Part shown: positions 29,311 through 41,349 of the stretch, piece after piece
Layout of the letters: each line of letters opens with the position of its first letter
Position numbering within the stretch: position 1 is the stretch's first letter
Assembly: GCF_964228735.1 (NCBI RefSeq)
Contig: NZ_CAXRBQ010000158.1
Coordinates: 4,343-68,342 of the forward strand
Source: Pontibacterium sp.
GTDB lineage: Bacteria; Pseudomonadota; Gammaproteobacteria; Pseudomonadales; Balneatricaceae
Reading direction: 5' to 3'
Length of the DNA: 64,000 nucleotides
Translations under genes and position numbers: made by a program
Notes under the pieces: model-generated
The model's database searches: none
What the model was told of the DNA's origin: nothing
The model's input: the letters and a program-made list of their open reading frames with translations, nothing else

Positions 29311-32300
29311 TTATTCAGGACGGCTGCGCATGTTGTCCAGCAGGTCACCCAGGCTTGCCGCCTTCGGTTTAACCAGCCAGAAACGACCGATAAAGTCGTC
29401 AAAGTTATCCAGGATCTCCTGACCCCAGGCGCTGCCAGTCTCTGTGACAAATTCGATGATCACAGAGCGCAGGTGGTTCTTGTACGCTTCCATCTGTTCA
29501 GTATGGACGCGGTGGATCTCAACCAGCTCGTGGTTGTAGTTATCCACAAAGGTATTTTCCTGATCCAGTACGTAGGCGAAACCACCGGTCATACCTGCAC
29601 CGAAGTTGTAGCCTGTTGGACCCAGTACGGTTACCAGACCGCCAGTCATGTATTCACAGCAGTGGTCGCCGGCACCTTCGATGACCGCGTGGACACCGGA
29701 GTTACGTACTGCAAATCGCTCACCGGCACAGCCCGCTGCAAACAGCTTACCGCCGGTTGCACCGTACAGACAGGTATTACCCATGATTGAGGTTTCGTTG
29801 GACTTGTAAGTCACCTCGTCGAATGGACGCAGGACAATCTTACCGCCCGCCATGCCTTTACCAACGTAGTCGTTGGCGTCACCTTCCAGGTACAGGTTCT
29901 GACCACCGGCGTTCCACACACCGAAGGACTGACCCGCATGCCCCTTGAAGTTGAAGGTGATCGGCTGGTCCGCCATACCTTTGTTGCCATGCGCTTTCGC
30001 GATGGCACCGGAAGTACGCGCACCTACAGAGCGGTCACAGTTAGTGATGGTCAGAGACCACTCGCCGCCCTGCTTGCCTTCGATCGCCACCTGAGTCAGC
30101 TCCAGCATCTGCTGGTTCAGAGTTGCCGGATCGTATGGTTCGTTACGCTCAACCTGACAGGTCTGCGGGTACTCCGCAGGCACACCACCGTCGGAAACGA
30201 TCGGTGTCAGGTCCAGGTTTTTCTGTTTGCTGGTTTCGCCGTCCAGGATCTCCAGCAGGTCAACACGGCCCACCAGCTCTTCCATGGAACGCACACCCAG
30301 GTACGCCATCCACTGACGCGCTTCTTCTGCCACAAAACGGAAGAAGTTTTTCACCATCTCAACGGTACCGCGGAAGTAATCTTCACGCAGTTTGTCGTTC
30401 TGGGTTGCAACACCGGTTGCACAGTTGTTCAGGTGACAGATACGCAGGTATTTACAACCCAGCGCTACCATCGGCATGGTACCGAAGCCGAAGCTCTCCG
30501 CACCCAGGATGGCACCTTTCACCACATCCAGACCGGTTTTCAGACCGCCGTCTGTCTGCAGACGTACACTACCACGCAGGTGGTTACCGCGCAGGGACTG
30601 GTGTGCATCGGACAGACCCAGCTCCCATGGGGAACCGGCGTGGTGGATGGAGGTGAGCGGGGATGCCGCAGTACCACCGTCGTAACCGGAGATGGTGATC
30701 AAGTCCGCGTAGGCTTTAGCAACACCACACGCGATGGTGCCAACACCCGGACGGGAAACCAGCTTCACGGATACCAGACCTTCAGGGTTAACCTGTTTCA
30801 GGTCGAAGATCAGCTGCGCCAGGTCCTCGATAGAGTAGATATCGTGGTGCGGCGGAGGCGAGATCAGGGTTACGCCCGGTACGGAGTAACGCAGACGTGC
30901 GATCAGGCTGTTGACCTTACCGCCCGGCAGCTGACCACCTTCACCCGGCTTCGCGCCCTGGGCAACCTTGATCTGCATAACTTCAGCGTTAACCAGATAC
31001 TCAGGGGTCACACCGAAACGACCGGATGCCACCTGCTTGATCTTGGAACGCTTGATGGTGCCGTGACGGGCTTCGTCTTCACCACCCTCACCGGAGTTGG
31101 AGCGGCCGCCCAGTTCGTTCATCGCTACCGCCAGCGCTTCGTGCGCTTCCGGCGACAGTGCACCCAGCGACATCGCTGCGGAGTCAAAGCGCTTGAAGAT
31201 GCTCTCAACCGGCTCGACGTCATCAATAGAGATGGACTTAACGTCTTTGCGCAGGGACAGCAGGTCACGGATAGTTGCTACGCCACGCTTGTTCACCAGA
31301 TCAGCGTACTTCTGGTAGTCCGCGTAGTTACCGGACTCAACCGCTTCGTGGATAGTACGTACCACATCCGGGTTGTAGGCGTGGTATTCACCGTCGTGCT
31401 TATACTTCAGCAGACCACCGGCCTGGATCGGTTTACGCGCGGTCCAGGCTTCTTTCGCCAGCAGACCCTGCTCGTACTGGAAGTCTTCAAAGCGCGCACC
31501 TTCGATACGGCTGCTTACGCCCTTGAAGCAGAGATCAACGATCTCGCTGCTCAGACCGATCGCTTCGAACAGCTGTGCACCACGGTAGGAGGCGATAGTG
31601 GAGATACCCATCTTGGACAGGATCTTCATCAGGCCTTTGTTGATACCTTTACGGTAGTTCTCGTGGGAATCCAGCGGCTCCATCGGCAGTTCGCCGCTTG
31701 CACACAGGTCATTCAGGACACGGTACGCCAGGTATGGATACACCGCGGTCGCACCGAAACCGAACAGTACAGCGAAGTGGTGAGGGTCACGCACGGTACC
31801 GGACTCAACAACGATATTGGAGTCACAGCGCAGACCCTTCTCAACCAGACGGTGGTGTACCGCACCGGTTGCCATCGCAGCATGTACCGGCAGGCAATCA
31901 CGGGCGATTGCGGAGTCGGACAGCACCAGGATCACTTTGCCGTTGCGTACAGCCTGCTCTGCCTTGTCAGCGATCGCTACGATCGCGTCTTCCAGAGAGA
32001 TATCGTTCGGGTTGTAGTTCAGATCGATGATCTCAACGTCAAACCCTTCTACGTCGTTGTCACGCAGACGACGGAACTTGCTAGCAGACAGTACCGGCGT
32101 GGTCAGGATCACTCGACGGGCGTGCTGAGGCGTTTCTTCGAAGACGTTCTGCTCGGCACCGATACAGGTTTCCAGAGACATAACGATCGCTTCACGCAGC
32201 GGATCGATTGGCGGGTTGGTTACCTGCGCAAACTGCTGACGGAAGTAGTCGTAAACCGAACGTACACGGCTGGACAGCACCGCCATTGGTTTGTCGTCAC

Positions 32301-33768
32301 CCATGGAACCTACAGCTTCCATACCGGTTTCACCCAGTGGACGCAGGACCTGGTCACGCTCTTCGAACGTCACCTGGAACATCTTCATGTGGGTCTTCAC
32401 TTCTTCCGGAGACATGTCACGGAAGGAGCGGGACTCCTCAGTCAGGTTCATGGTCTGTTCCAGACGCATGGCATTTTCTTTCAGCCATTTCTTGTATGGC
32501 TGCGCCTTCTTCAGGCGGTTGTCCACATCTTCGGTGTGCAGCACTTCACCGCTGGACGTATCGATAGCCAGGATCTGGCCTGGACCTACACGGCCCTGTG
32601 CCACAATATCTTCTGGCTGATAATCGAATACACCGATCTCGGATGCAGTACAGATGTAACCCTGCTTGGTCATCACCCAACGGGACGGACGCAGGCCGTT
32701 ACGGTCAAGCATACATACGGCGTAACGACCGTCGGTCATTACCATACCGGCAGGACCGTCCCACGGCTCCATGTGCATGGAGTTGTAGTCGTAGAATGCA
32801 CGCAGTTCAGAGTCCATGGTATCTACGTTCTGCCAAGCAGGTGGCACGATCATACGTACCGCACGGTAGATATCCACGCCACCGACCAGCAGGAACTCCA
32901 GCATGTTATCCATGGAAGAGGAGTCAGAACCGGTGGTGTTTACGATCGGCTGCAGTTCATCCAGATTTGGCAGCAGCTCGGTCTTGAACTTGCTCGCACG
33001 CGCTTTCGCCCAGTTACGGTTACCTTCAACCGTGTTGATCTCACCGTTGTGCGCCAGGAAGCGGAACGGCTGAGCCAGCGGCCAGCGTGGTGCAGTGTTG
33101 GTAGAGAAACGCTGGTGGTAAGTACACACCGCGGTTTCCAGACGTGGGTCTGCCAGATCTTTAAAGAACACTGGCAGGTCAACCGGCATGGTCAGGCCTT
33201 TGTAGGAGATGACCTTGTCGGACAGACTGGCAATGTAGAAATCTTCGTCGGCAGACATCGCGATCTCTGCCTTACGACGAGCAACATACAGGCTAATACC
33301 AAATTCGCGCTCGGTTTTGCCACCGTCTGCGATAAATACCTGCTCAATCTGAGGCAAGGTGTCTTTGGCGATAGGCCCCAGACAACTATCATCAGTTGGA
33401 ACCACACGCCAACCTGTTACCCCCAGACCTTCAGCTTCCAGCGCTGCATTTACAGCATCGCGAGCTGTCTGAGCGGACGCGGCGTCACGTGGCAGGAAAA
33501 CCATGCCTACAGCGTACTGTTCACCCAGTTCGGTATTCAGCTCTTCTTTTGCTACGGTGCGCAGGAAACCGTCAGGTTTCTGCATCAACAGGCCACAACC
33601 GTCACCTGTCTTACCGTCAGCAGCGATACCGCCTCGGTGAGTCATGCAGGCCAGTGCTTCAATCGCTTTCTCCAGCAGATCGTGGCTAGGCTGACCCTGC
33701 ATATGTGCCATAAGGCCAAAGCCACAGTTATCCTTAAACTCGCCGGGGCGATAAAGACCCTTGCTCAT
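29311..33768 (-). CDS. gltB: glutamate synthase large subunit
   Basis: 1485 aa. The N-terminal amidotransferase Cys is in NCGFG, followed by FMN/3Fe-4S and GXGXG domains. Confidence 0.97.
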   Translation of the reverse strand: MSKGLYRPGEFKDNCGFGLMAHMQGQPSHDLLEKAIEALACMTHRGGIAADGKTGDGCGLLMQKPDGFLRTVAKEELNTELGEQYAVGMVFLPRDAASAQTARDAVNAALEAEGLGVTGWRVVPTDDSCLGPIAKDTLPQIEQVFIADGGKTEREFGISLYVARRKAEIAMSADEDFYIASLSDKVISYKGLTMPVDLPVFFKDLADPRLETAVCTYHQRFSTNTAPRWPLAQPFRFLAHNGEINTVEGNRNWAKARASKFKTELLPNLDELQPIVNTTGSDSSSMDNMLEFLLVGGVDIYRAVRMIVPPAWQNVDTMDSELRAFYDYNSMHMEPWDGPAGMVMTDGRYAVCMLDRNGLRPSRWVMTKQGYICTASEIGVFDYQPEDIVAQGRVGPGQILAIDTSSGEVLHTEDVDNRLKKAQPYKKWLKENAMRLEQTMNLTEESRSFRDMSPEEVKTHMKMFQVTFEERDQVLRPLGETGMEAVGSMGDDKPMAVLSSRVRSVYDYFRQQFAQVTNPPIDPLREAIVMSLETCIGAEQNVFEETPQHARRVILTTPVLSASKFRRLRDNDVEGFDVEIIDLNYNPNDISLEDAIVAIADKAEQAVRNGKVILVLSDSAIARDCLPVHAAMATGAVHHRLVEKGLRCDSNIVVESGTVRDPHHFAVLFGFGATAVYPYLAYRVLNDLCASGELPMEPLDSHENYRKGINKGLMKILSKMGISTIASYRGAQLFEAIGLSSEIVDLCFKGVSSRIEGARFEDFQYEQGLLAKEAWTARKPIQAGGLLKYKHDGEYHAYNPDVVRTIHEAVESGNYADYQKYADLVNKRGVATIRDLLSLRKDVKSISIDDVEPVESIFKRFDSAAMSLGALSPEAHEALAVAMNELGGRSNSGEGGEDEARHGTIKRSKIKQVASGRFGVTPEYLVNAEVMQIKVAQGAKPGEGGQLPGGKVNSLIARLRYSVPGVTLISPPPHHDIYSIEDLAQLIFDLKQVNPEGLVSVKLVSRPGVGTIACGVAKAYADLITISGYDGGTAASPLTSIHHAGSPWELGLSDAHQSLRGNHLRGSVRLQTDGGLKTGLDVVKGAILGAESFGFGTMPMVALGCKYLRICHLNNCATGVATQNDKLREDYFRGTVEMVKNFFRFVAEEARQWMAYLGVRSMEELVGRVDLLEILDGETSKQKNLDLTPIVSDGGVPAEYPQTCQVERNEPYDPATLNQQMLELTQVAIEGKQGGEWSLTITNCDRSVGARTSGAIAKAHGNKGMADQPITFNFKGHAGQSFGVWNAGGQNLYLEGDANDYVGKGMAGGKIVLRPFDEVTYKSNETSIMGNTCLYGATGGKLFAAGCAGERFAVRNSGVHAVIEGAGDHCCEYMTGGLVTVLGPTGYNFGAGMTGGFAYVLDQENTFVDNYNHELVEIHRVHTEQMEAYKNHLRSVIIEFVTETGSAWGQEILDNFDDFIGRFWLVKPKAASLGDLLDNMRSRPE

Positions 33769-33962
33769 AAGCCCTCACTCAAAATTCTTTATAATCAATA
33801 TCTTACGTAATGCCCCTTATGCTGCAGTTGCGCAGTGCAGACAAAAAGGGGAAGCCATTTTACACACGAAGCTCTAGAAGAACAAATTTTAGACAAGCAG
33901 GAGGGCTCGAAATGGCCGTAAAAACCATCCCAAAAAACAGGCAAGTAGTTGTTTATAAAGGA

Positions 33963-35813
33963 CTAACGTTTGCGGATGTCGCTATGAATACCTTTCATGC
34001 TTCGCGCCCATGGGCGCAGCTTTTTGAGCCCTTGCGGGAGACCTGAAACCGCGTTTGTCGCCTGCTTTCGATCAGTATACGAGCCGTACACAACCACATA
34101 CCACGGCTTACCTTTAAACAGGGTGGCAAAGACCCGCAGACCGTCCTGATCAGGGTAGGCTTTCAGGAAACGTTCTGTGCTGGACTTCTCACGAGCGCCC
34201 AGCAACTGCAGGGTATAATTGCCAGCCGGTTCAGCCAGCAGTAGCTTCTCATCGGCAAGGATTCGGGCACTGCGCGGCACCTGACCTTCCGCCAACACAC
34301 TTTCAGGCTTTTGCTCGGACTTTGCGGGAGCTGCTTCGACCGGTTTCTGGACCGGCTCGGAACGATCCACAACCTGCGGCGTTGTTTCTGTTGCAGGTTT
34401 CGGGGCAGCTATCGCAACCACTTCCGGTTCTGGTGCCTTCTCCTCTGAGGAGACCGGAGCTACTGCTGTTTGCGCTACCGTTTTCTCCTGGGGAGCAACC
34501 TTTGGAGTTGCAACAATCGGATCAACAGGCTTTTGTTCAGGCGGAAGCTCCACCTTCGCGCTGGCAGGTGTGACCGGGGTTGCCACAGCCGATTTCACCT
34601 CAGTTTTAGAAGGCGCCGGAGCGCCTGTATCCGGCGGCGCCGTAATCGATGCAACCGCTTGTTCGGGCACCTGTGATGGTGTTGTAACCTTGGCCTCGAT
34701 CGGCGCCTCAACTTGAGGTTTCTCTTCCTGAACGGTTATCACCGGCTCTGGTTGAGGTTTCGGCACAACCTCATCCGGCACAGCAGGCTGCTTCAGACGT
34801 GCTTCCTGCTCGGCCAGGCGTTTGTCCAGTTCGGACACCTTCGGCGTTTGAGACTGACCGGGAATCGAGAGATGTAGCGGCACCTGAACCCGCTTGCTGC
34901 CTTCATCAACCGTGACCGTAGGCTCCTCATCCGGCGCAAAGGTCCAGGCCGCCGCAACGGTAATCATAATCAGCAGCAGCACAATCCCCCCCATATGCAG
35001 AGGAGGGAGTGGAAATGCCCGGCGCCCGGTAGATTCTTCTTTTGCCGCAGGCGGCAGTTCCTTCGGCGCTTTATCGGCGTTGTTGGCTTTTGGTTTTTTC
35101 TTCGGCTTGGCTTTCGCCGGAGCATCGCCGTTCAGTAGCCCTGGATAGCCCCCGGAGCGTTTAACCATCGCTTTGATATCTTTATCAGACATCATGCGTG
35201 CACCCGCCACCGCCTGCAGGATGAACTCCTTCATCTCTTCATCGGCAAACGGTTCCAGTGGCAGCTGATGGTAACGGCCTGCCAACGCGTCCAGCCAACG
35301 ACTGCTTTCCAGGCGTTCAGCCAGTTCCGGTTGCCCCACCAGCAACAACTGGGGTGCGGTACCGTCATTATTATCGTGCGCGAGCTGCAGATTGATCAGC
35401 AGATCCAGCGCTTCGTCGGATAACCGATCGGCATCATCCACCATAATAAGCAGGCGCTGACCATGATCGCGGGTCACCTTGATCTGCTCATTCAGTGCTT
35501 CCAGCTTGCCCTGATCGCTGTCGATAAAATTGCCGTGGCTCGGTAGCTGGGCCAAGAGGCCAGACAACAGGGTGCCCAGTGGCAGGTCATCCACCACCGA
35601 AATCAGGCAGGCGTGAACACTGTTATCTGCGGTAGAGGGGGAGATCTGCTTCAACAGGGTCGTTTTACCCACACCGTTTTCACCGGTCAGCAACAGGAGA
35701 AAATCGGAAAAGCGGATCAGGTGACGGACTTTATCAACCAGCTGCAGGCGTGACTCCGGCTCAAAATAGGCGGTGCTGCTCAGCGTGGAAATTGCGGCCT
35801 GTCCGTCACTCAC
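33963..35813 (-). CDS. ExeA-like AAA ATPase / SPOR-domain protein (DamX-like, PA5037-like)
   Basis: N-terminal Walker A GENGVGKTT and a DEAD-like MVDDAD, then a TM segment, a long Pro/Ala/Glu/Val-rich linker and a C-terminal SPOR-like domain (YTLQLLGAREKSS...WYVVVYGSYTDRKQA). It sits between aroB and gltB as in Pseudomonas. Confidence 0.8.
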   Translation of the reverse strand: MSDGQAAISTLSSTAYFEPESRLQLVDKVRHLIRFSDFLLLLTGENGVGKTTLLKQISPSTADNSVHACLISVVDDLPLGTLLSGLLAQLPSHGNFIDSDQGKLEALNEQIKVTRDHGQRLLIMVDDADRLSDEALDLLINLQLAHDNNDGTAPQLLLVGQPELAERLESSRWLDALAGRYHQLPLEPFADEEMKEFILQAVAGARMMSDKDIKAMVKRSGGYPGLLNGDAPAKAKPKKKPKANNADKAPKELPPAAKEESTGRRAFPLPPLHMGGIVLLLIMITVAAAWTFAPDEEPTVTVDEGSKRVQVPLHLSIPGQSQTPKVSELDKRLAEQEARLKQPAVPDEVVPKPQPEPVITVQEEKPQVEAPIEAKVTTPSQVPEQAVASITAPPDTGAPAPSKTEVKSAVATPVTPASAKVELPPEQKPVDPIVATPKVAPQEKTVAQTAVAPVSSEEKAPEPEVVAIAAPKPATETTPQVVDRSEPVQKPVEAAPAKSEQKPESVLAEGQVPRSARILADEKLLLAEPAGNYTLQLLGAREKSSTERFLKAYPDQDGLRVFATLFKGKPWYVVVYGSYTDRKQATNAVSGLPQGLKKLRPWARSMKGIHSDIRKR

Positions 35814-35824
35814 AGAATTGATCC

Positions 35825-36937
35825 TCAGGCGTCGCCAGCGCGGCCTAGCTGCTCACCGGCTGCCAGCGTTTCTTCCAGCAGTGCAGCCGGGAAGTCAGCC
35901 GTCACCACTGCTTCACCCAGCTGTTTCAGCAGGACCAGGCGCAGTTGGCCATCAATCACTTTTTTATCCACAGCCATCAGGTTCTTGAAGTCGTCTTCGC
36001 TCATGTTGTCCGGTGCAATCACCGGCAACTTGGCCGCCTCCAGAATTGTGCGCACGCGGTCCACATCCGCCTGGGAGATCCAGCCCAGACGCTGCGACAG
36101 GTCAGCCGCCATCATGGTGCCTGCCCCCACCGCTTCACCGTGCAACCACTGACCGTAGCCCTGGTGTGCTTCAATCGCATGGCCAAAGGTATGGCCCAGG
36201 TTCAACAGTGCGCGGATACCGGATTCTTTCTCATCCTGTGCCACCACTTCAGCTTTCACCTCACAGGAGCGGAAAATCGCCTGAATCATCTCCTGTGGTG
36301 CACGGGCATTAAGCGCATCCATGCTGTCTTCCAGCCAGCTCAGGAAATCCGCGTCATAGATCAGGCCGTACTTAATCACCTCGGCCAGGCCCGCAGCCAG
36401 CTCTCGCTCAGGCAGCGTATTCAACACCTGGGTATCGATCACCACGCAACGCGGCTGATGGAAGGCACCTATCATATTTTTACCCCGCGGGTGGTTTACA
36501 CCGGTCTTACCCCCGACAGAGGAATCTACCTGGGACAGCAAGGTAGTCGGCACCTGCACAAAGTCCACACCACGCTGGTAACACGCTGCCGCGAAACCGG
36601 TCATGTCACCAATCACACCGCCCCCCAATGCAATCAGCGTGGTGGTACGGTTGTGGCGACAGGTCAACAGCTGATCAAAGATCGTGTTGATCTGATCCAG
36701 GTTTTTGTACTGCTCACCATCCGGCAGGATAACCGTATCCACCTGATAAGCATCACCCAGGCTGGCCTGCAGACGTTCCAGATAAAGCGGAGCCACCGTT
36801 TCGTTGGAGACGATCATCACCTGCTTGCCGCGGATGTGCTCACGCATCAGCCCCTGATCCAGCAAACCTTCGCCGATAAAGATCGGGTAGCTTCGATCAC
36901 CAAGATCAACGTTCAGTGTTTTCATTGCTTCGCTCAT
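35825..36937 (-). CDS. aroB: 3-dehydroquinate synthase
   Basis: [11 protein letters not shown] and [14 protein letters not shown] motifs. The start is uncertain (36937 or 36925); the ORF-track start at 36973 would overlap aroK. Confidence 0.9.
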   Translation of the reverse strand: MSEAMKTLNVDLGDRSYPIFIGEGLLDQGLMREHIRGKQVMIVSNETVAPLYLERLQASLGDAYQVDTVILPDGEQYKNLDQINTIFDQLLTCRHNRTTTLIALGGGVIGDMTGFAAACYQRGVDFVQVPTTLLSQVDSSVGGKTGVNHPRGKNMIGAFHQPRCVVIDTQVLNTLPERELAAGLAEVIKYGLIYDADFLSWLEDSMDALNARAPQEMIQAIFRSCEVKAEVVAQDEKESGIRALLNLGHTFGHAIEAHQGYGQWLHGEAVGAGTMMAADLSQRLGWISQADVDRVRTILEAAKLPVIAPDNMSEDDFKNLMAVDKKVIDGQLRLVLLKQLGEAVVTADFPAALLEETLAAGEQLGRAGDA

Positions 36938-36965
36938 AGGTGGATTTGGCTCGATAGGGCAGCAC

Positions 36966-37475
36966 TTAAACACGCTGCTGGTAGTTTCGGATAATTTCGG
37001 TCACAACGGAACGGGGATGGCGCTTGTCAGTGCGTACCAACAGGTCGCACACGTCCCGATACAGCGGGTCGCGTCGCGCCAGCAGATCGGTGAGCACCTG
37101 CTTGGGGTTCTCTGTTTGTAGCAGCGGGCGGTTTTTGTCCCGCGCAGTACGCTCCAGTTGCTGTTCAACCGAGGTAAAGAGGTAAACGACATACCCCCCA
37201 CCCTGCAGGTTGGCGCGGTTGGCATCACGCTGCACAGCACCGCCGCCAGTGGCCAGCACAATATTGTCACGCTGACACAGTTCGCCGATCACGGCTTCTT
37301 CGCGATCCCGGAACCCGTCTTCACCCTCCACATCGAAGATCCACGGGATATCAGCGCCTGCGCGCTCCTCAATCTCCCGATCGGAATCGATGTAGGTCAT
37401 TTTCAGTTCCTGAGAAAGCAAACGGCCTATGGTGCTTTTACCTGCGCCCATAGGCCCCACGAGAAAGATATTCAA
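36966..37475 (-). CDS. aroK: shikimate kinase
   Basis: [17 protein letters not shown] Walker A. Length is 169 aa. Confidence 0.95.
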   Translation of the reverse strand: MNIFLVGPMGAGKSTIGRLLSQELKMTYIDSDREIEERAGADIPWIFDVEGEDGFRDREEAVIGELCQRDNIVLATGGGAVQRDANRANLQGGGYVVYLFTSVEQQLERTARDKNRPLLQTENPKQVLTDLLARRDPLYRDVCDLLVRTDKRHPRSVVTEIIRNYQQRV

Positions 37476-37488
37476 TTCGGTCAGCCCG

Positions 37489-39600
37489 TTAGTTGATAGT
37501 CAGGGACTCCCGAATCAGTTTTGGCGTAATAAAGATCAGGAGTTCCGTTTTTACCCCTGTATTCTCTTTGTTCTTGAAAAGATTGCCAAGTACCGGAAGG
37601 TCGCCTAGCAGTGGCGTTTTGTTAATAGTTTCGGATGTGGTGTTCTGGAACACGCCGCCCAACACGATGGTTTGACCGTCGGGTACCACTACCGCAGTCT
37701 CTAACTCGTTGTTATCAATGGTGATTTGACCGTTAAAGGTGGTTTCTCCCAGAGAGTCCTGCTTGATCAGCAGATCCATCGCAATTCGGTCGCCCGGATT
37801 AATCCGTGGGGTCACTTCGAGGCGCAGCACTACGTCCTTAAATTCGATCTTCACCTCACGGTCTTCCACTGTCTGGAAGGCAATCTCACGGCCGGATTCG
37901 ATGCTCGCAGTCTTACCGTTCATGGTCACGATCTTCGGCTGGGAGATGATCTCCGCCTGGCCGTCACTCTGCAGAGCGGAAAGCTCCAGTGCCAGCAGTG
38001 AGCTGCTGCCCGGCTTGATGCCGATGGCGATTGAGGTCGGGTTGGTCACGGTCGCGCCCAGATCCACCGCCAGACTGGAAGCGGTTGGGCCGACACTGCC
38101 GCCAGCTACCACATTACCGATATCGCTGCTCAGTTTAAAACCGTTGTCATCGTTATTGTCGTAACCGAAGCCCCATTTTACCCCAAGGTCCTTAGTTACA
38201 GAGGAACGTGCGGTTACCAGACGCGCCTCAATCAACACCTGCTGCACTTCCACGTCGAATTTGCGCAGTGTTTTGCGGATTTCGGCCAGTGCTTTTTCGG
38301 TGTCACGCACCATCAGGACGTTGGTTTCGTCATCCGCCATCACAAAGCCACGCTCCGGGGTGATCAGCTTGGCGTCTTCCAAGTGGGTTTTCATTTCGGA
38401 TGCTTTACGGAAATCCACCTGGATGTACTGGGTCTGCAGTGGCGCCAGCTCTTCGATCTTTTTGCTGTTCTCCAGCTCCTGCTCTTCACGCTTGGCAATC
38501 TCATCCGCCTTGGCGACCAGTAGCACGTTGCCGAGGATACGCTTATCCAGACCTTCCGTGCGCAGTACAATATCCAACGCCTGATCCCAAGGCACGTTCT
38601 TCAGACGCAGGGTGATATTGCCGTCGACTTCGTCGCTGACTACCAGGTTCAGCTCAGCCACTTCAGCGATGATCTGTAATACGGAGCGCAGTTCAACGTC
38701 CTGGAAGTTCAGGTCGATCGGCTCGCCGCTATACGGGAACAGTTCTTTCTGGCGCTCTTCCGCCTCTTCGCTGGTCACCGGCTTAAAGTCCAGCACCAGC
38801 TGAGTACCCGTCTGGTACGCCAGGTAGTTGTAGGGTTCAGCACCCGGTTTCACCAGTACGGTGGTGTTTTCACCTGCGCCCATCGAGTCGATAAACATCA
38901 CCGGAGTGGCAAAGTCCTGCACATCCACACGCTGCTCCAGCGCACGGGAGAGGCTGGCACCCAGCAGGTTAACCACAACGTTGTTGCCCTCTTCCTGGAT
39001 ATCCACACCGGCTTTGTCATCAGACAGGCTGATTACCACGCGCCCCATCCCCTCTTCAACACGCTTGAAGTCGATACCGGTAATGCGGGTGGATTCCGGC
39101 TCCAGCGGCTGGTTCGGATTTGCCGCCAGTTTTGCCTGCTCCAGTTTGCTCGGCTTACGCTTTTCGGTAACCGTGGCATCCCCCTCTCCGATCACAACAA
39201 ACAGACTGTTCTGGTCAGTAAAGGCACGGTAGCCTGCCGACTCATACAAACTGGTCACGATACGCAGACGGCCTTCAACTTGGGCGAAGCTGACACTGTC
39301 TACGACGCCAGTGGCAACCGCCAGGTTCTTGTTCTCCAGGTCGCTGGTAACACCAAACAGGTCCATCACAATACGCGCTGGCTGATCTATCTGGTAACTT
39401 TTCGGTAGCGGTGGCGGGGCATCAAAGTCAAAACGCAACTCCACCTTTTTGCCCGGCAATGCAACAAACCTAGCGTCTTTCAGCAGCATCTCCGCCGAAG
39501 CGAGTGGCGCGATGCAGAGCATCAGCAGCGAAAGAAAGAAGCCAGCCAACGGGCCGCAACCGCTTTTCAGCATCCGATTTTCAACAATTAACCTAGCCAC
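37489..39600 (-). CDS. pilQ: type IV pilus secretin PilQ
   Basis: Two N-terminal AMIN-like repeats and a C-terminal secretin domain ([14 protein letters not shown]). Confidence 0.95.
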   Translation of the reverse strand: MARLIVENRMLKSGCGPLAGFFLSLLMLCIAPLASAEMLLKDARFVALPGKKVELRFDFDAPPPLPKSYQIDQPARIVMDLFGVTSDLENKNLAVATGVVDSVSFAQVEGRLRIVTSLYESAGYRAFTDQNSLFVVIGEGDATVTEKRKPSKLEQAKLAANPNQPLEPESTRITGIDFKRVEEGMGRVVISLSDDKAGVDIQEEGNNVVVNLLGASLSRALEQRVDVQDFATPVMFIDSMGAGENTTVLVKPGAEPYNYLAYQTGTQLVLDFKPVTSEEAEERQKELFPYSGEPIDLNFQDVELRSVLQIIAEVAELNLVVSDEVDGNITLRLKNVPWDQALDIVLRTEGLDKRILGNVLLVAKADEIAKREEQELENSKKIEELAPLQTQYIQVDFRKASEMKTHLEDAKLITPERGFVMADDETNVLMVRDTEKALAEIRKTLRKFDVEVQQVLIEARLVTARSSVTKDLGVKWGFGYDNNDDNGFKLSSDIGNVVAGGSVGPTASSLAVDLGATVTNPTSIAIGIKPGSSSLLALELSALQSDGQAEIISQPKIVTMNGKTASIESGREIAFQTVEDREVKIEFKDVVLRLEVTPRINPGDRIAMDLLIKQDSLGETTFNGQITIDNNELETAVVVPDGQTIVLGGVFQNTTSETINKTPLLGDLPVLGNLFKNKENTGVKTELLIFITPKLIRESLTIN

Positions 39601-39611
39601 AACCTGATCCT

Positions 39612-40181
39612 TTATCTCTTCTTCGCTACTGAGCCACGCTCATCCAGAGCAACTACGCGAGGGCGTTTCATCCATCCGCCACGACCGTTGGAGACGATCT
39701 CCACCAGCTCAATTTTTCGTTCGTCTATTGCTACAATCTGACCGTGATCCAGGCCCATGTAGTCACCCACACTCACCCGGTGCACCGCCCGTTCGGTATC
39801 TCTCACCAACGCCCAAAGGGTGTTTTTGCCACGGCGACTGATGGTCCCCACCATCACCAGATCATCCAGAGAAAACTCTTCGAGATCCCCTTTCGCCCGA
39901 CCGCTGTCCGGCTTCAGGGCATTTTTTTCTTCCGGTTTCTCTTCCGCCAGGGTGCCTACCGCCTGCATCGGCTGCAGAGCGACAAACGGTTCGCGCAGAC
40001 TGGCGCCTTCGTAAACGAAACTCTCGTAGGGTTTGTATTCCGGCAAAGGCTCGATGCGTCCAGCCGGGCGGGCACGCTCTTTACTCACGAAGCGTTCCAG
40101 ATCGGTCTTGTCTTCCACCCAGACCATACAACCGGAGGCCAGCATACTCAAAATCGTGACAGTGAATATCCTAATCAACAT
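39612..40181 (-). CDS. pilP: type IV pilus assembly lipoprotein PilP
   Basis: Lipobox LASGC. Position is between pilO and pilQ. Confidence 0.85.
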   Translation of the reverse strand: MLIRIFTVTILSMLASGCMVWVEDKTDLERFVSKERARPAGRIEPLPEYKPYESFVYEGASLREPFVALQPMQAVGTLAEEKPEEKNALKPDSGRAKGDLEEFSLDDLVMVGTISRRGKNTLWALVRDTERAVHRVSVGDYMGLDHGQIVAIDERKIELVEIVSNGRGGWMKRPRVVALDERGSVAKKR

Positions 40182-40192
40182 ACTGCGCTCAC

Positions 40193-40798
40193 CTATTGAG
40201 TATCATCGTAGCGGTATGTGCGCGCGTTGATGTTCATGGTCAAACGCCCATTCTCCGCTGGGATAATCTTGTAGTCGTGCAGGGTTACGATACGTGGAAT
40301 CGCTGCCACCCCACTCACGAACTGCCCCATCTGGTGGTACGTACCACCCACAGTAATCTTGATCGGCAGCTCGATGTAGAACTTATTCTTTTTCTCAGGC
40401 TGCAGTTCGATCAGCTCGATATCCAGCCCGCTTTCACGACCGATTCGGGTGATGTCATCCAGCAGACCCGGCACCTCGTTCTGGGTCGGCAACTGACGCA
40501 ACATTTCGGCAAAGCGCTCTTCCACATCCGCCATCTGCTTGCGCAACGCATCAAGGTTTGCAACATCACGCGCCTTCATGGTGTACATCTGCTTCAGCTC
40601 GGTTTCTTTACGCTGCGTACGCTCAAGCTGGTTGTTTTTGTCGGTCACGTAGAAGTGGAAACCGGCAGCCGTGATCGCCGCAAATACGATCAGGTAGGTA
40701 ATGATCTTGACGCCGATTGGCCAGCTACCTGCGGTCGCCAGATCCAGGTTGTTTGGATCAAAACCTTTAAAGGCGTTCTTCAGGCTGTCCCGATTCAC
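40193..40798 (-). CDS. pilO: type IV pilus inner-membrane component PilO
   Basis: Single TM segment plus coiled coil. Operon position supports the call. Confidence 0.85.
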   Translation of the reverse strand: MNRDSLKNAFKGFDPNNLDLATAGSWPIGVKIITYLIVFAAITAAGFHFYVTDKNNQLERTQRKETELKQMYTMKARDVANLDALRKQMADVEERFAEMLRQLPTQNEVPGLLDDITRIGRESGLDIELIELQPEKKNKFYIELPIKITVGGTYHQMGQFVSGVAAIPRIVTLHDYKIIPAENGRLTMNINARTYRYDDTQ

Positions 40799-41346
40799 TG
40801 CTCAGCCTCCTCTGCCCCTGGCTTTTCAAGATTTACGGTGAGACGGAAGTTTTTCATACCGTCCTGGCTATCCACTTGGCTCAGGTTCGGCTCGCCAAAC
40901 CAGTCGGACTGATCCAGCTTACGCATCAGCGTGGATACTTCAGTGTTGTCCTTCGCCAGCCCGGTCACGCTCACCACACTCTCACGACGAGTCAACGAGG
41001 TGTAGTGAATACCGTCCGGCAAGACCCGCACCAGCTCATCAAAGTTACGTACGATGACCGGACGATTGCCCTGCAGTTCGTGGATCGCCTGCAGTCGATC
41101 AAGCAGGCGGGTACGCTTGGTATCCAGCTCCTGAATTTCCTTACGCAGGATATCCAGTTTGGCGATCTCGGATTGCAGATATTTGTTGCGCGCTTCCTGG
41201 CGCTCAATCTGCATATCTACGTAATAGCCGATGCCCAAAACCACCACCGCTGCAAAAATTGCCGCTGCGGCCACATTGGTGACAAACTGTTTCTGCTGCG
41301 CGGCTTTACGCGCTTCACGCCAGGGCCGGAGGTTAATCAGTGCCAT
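40795..41346 (-). CDS. pilN: type IV pilus inner-membrane component PilN
   Basis: The INLLPWR-like N-terminus (INLRPWRE) binds PilM. The gene overlaps pilO by 4 nt. Confidence 0.85.
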   Translation of the reverse strand: MALINLRPWREARKAAQQKQFVTNVAAAAIFAAVVVLGIGYYVDMQIERQEARNKYLQSEIAKLDILRKEIQELDTKRTRLLDRLQAIHELQGNRPVIVRNFDELVRVLPDGIHYTSLTRRESVVSVTGLAKDNTEVSTLMRKLDQSDWFGEPNLSQVDSQDGMKNFRLTVNLEKPGAEEAEQ

Positions 41347-41349
41347 GCG

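Noticed and set aside
29938-33810. A 1290-codon open reading frame lies antisense to gltB. Similar very long antisense ORFs lie opposite ettA (19816-21459), glyA (17368-18498), gltD (27670-28863), mrcA (42614-43645), the malic enzyme gene (45167-46549), the MCP gene (50736-51923) and the FtsN-like gene (52276-53484).
   Set aside because: Each lies exactly opposite a confidently identified, highly conserved gene. The translations are low-complexity (Arg/Gly/Val/Thr/Gln-rich) with no recognisable motifs, SDs or signal features. Strong codon bias in a GC-rich genome suppresses stop codons on the complementary strand. I treat them as shadow ORFs.
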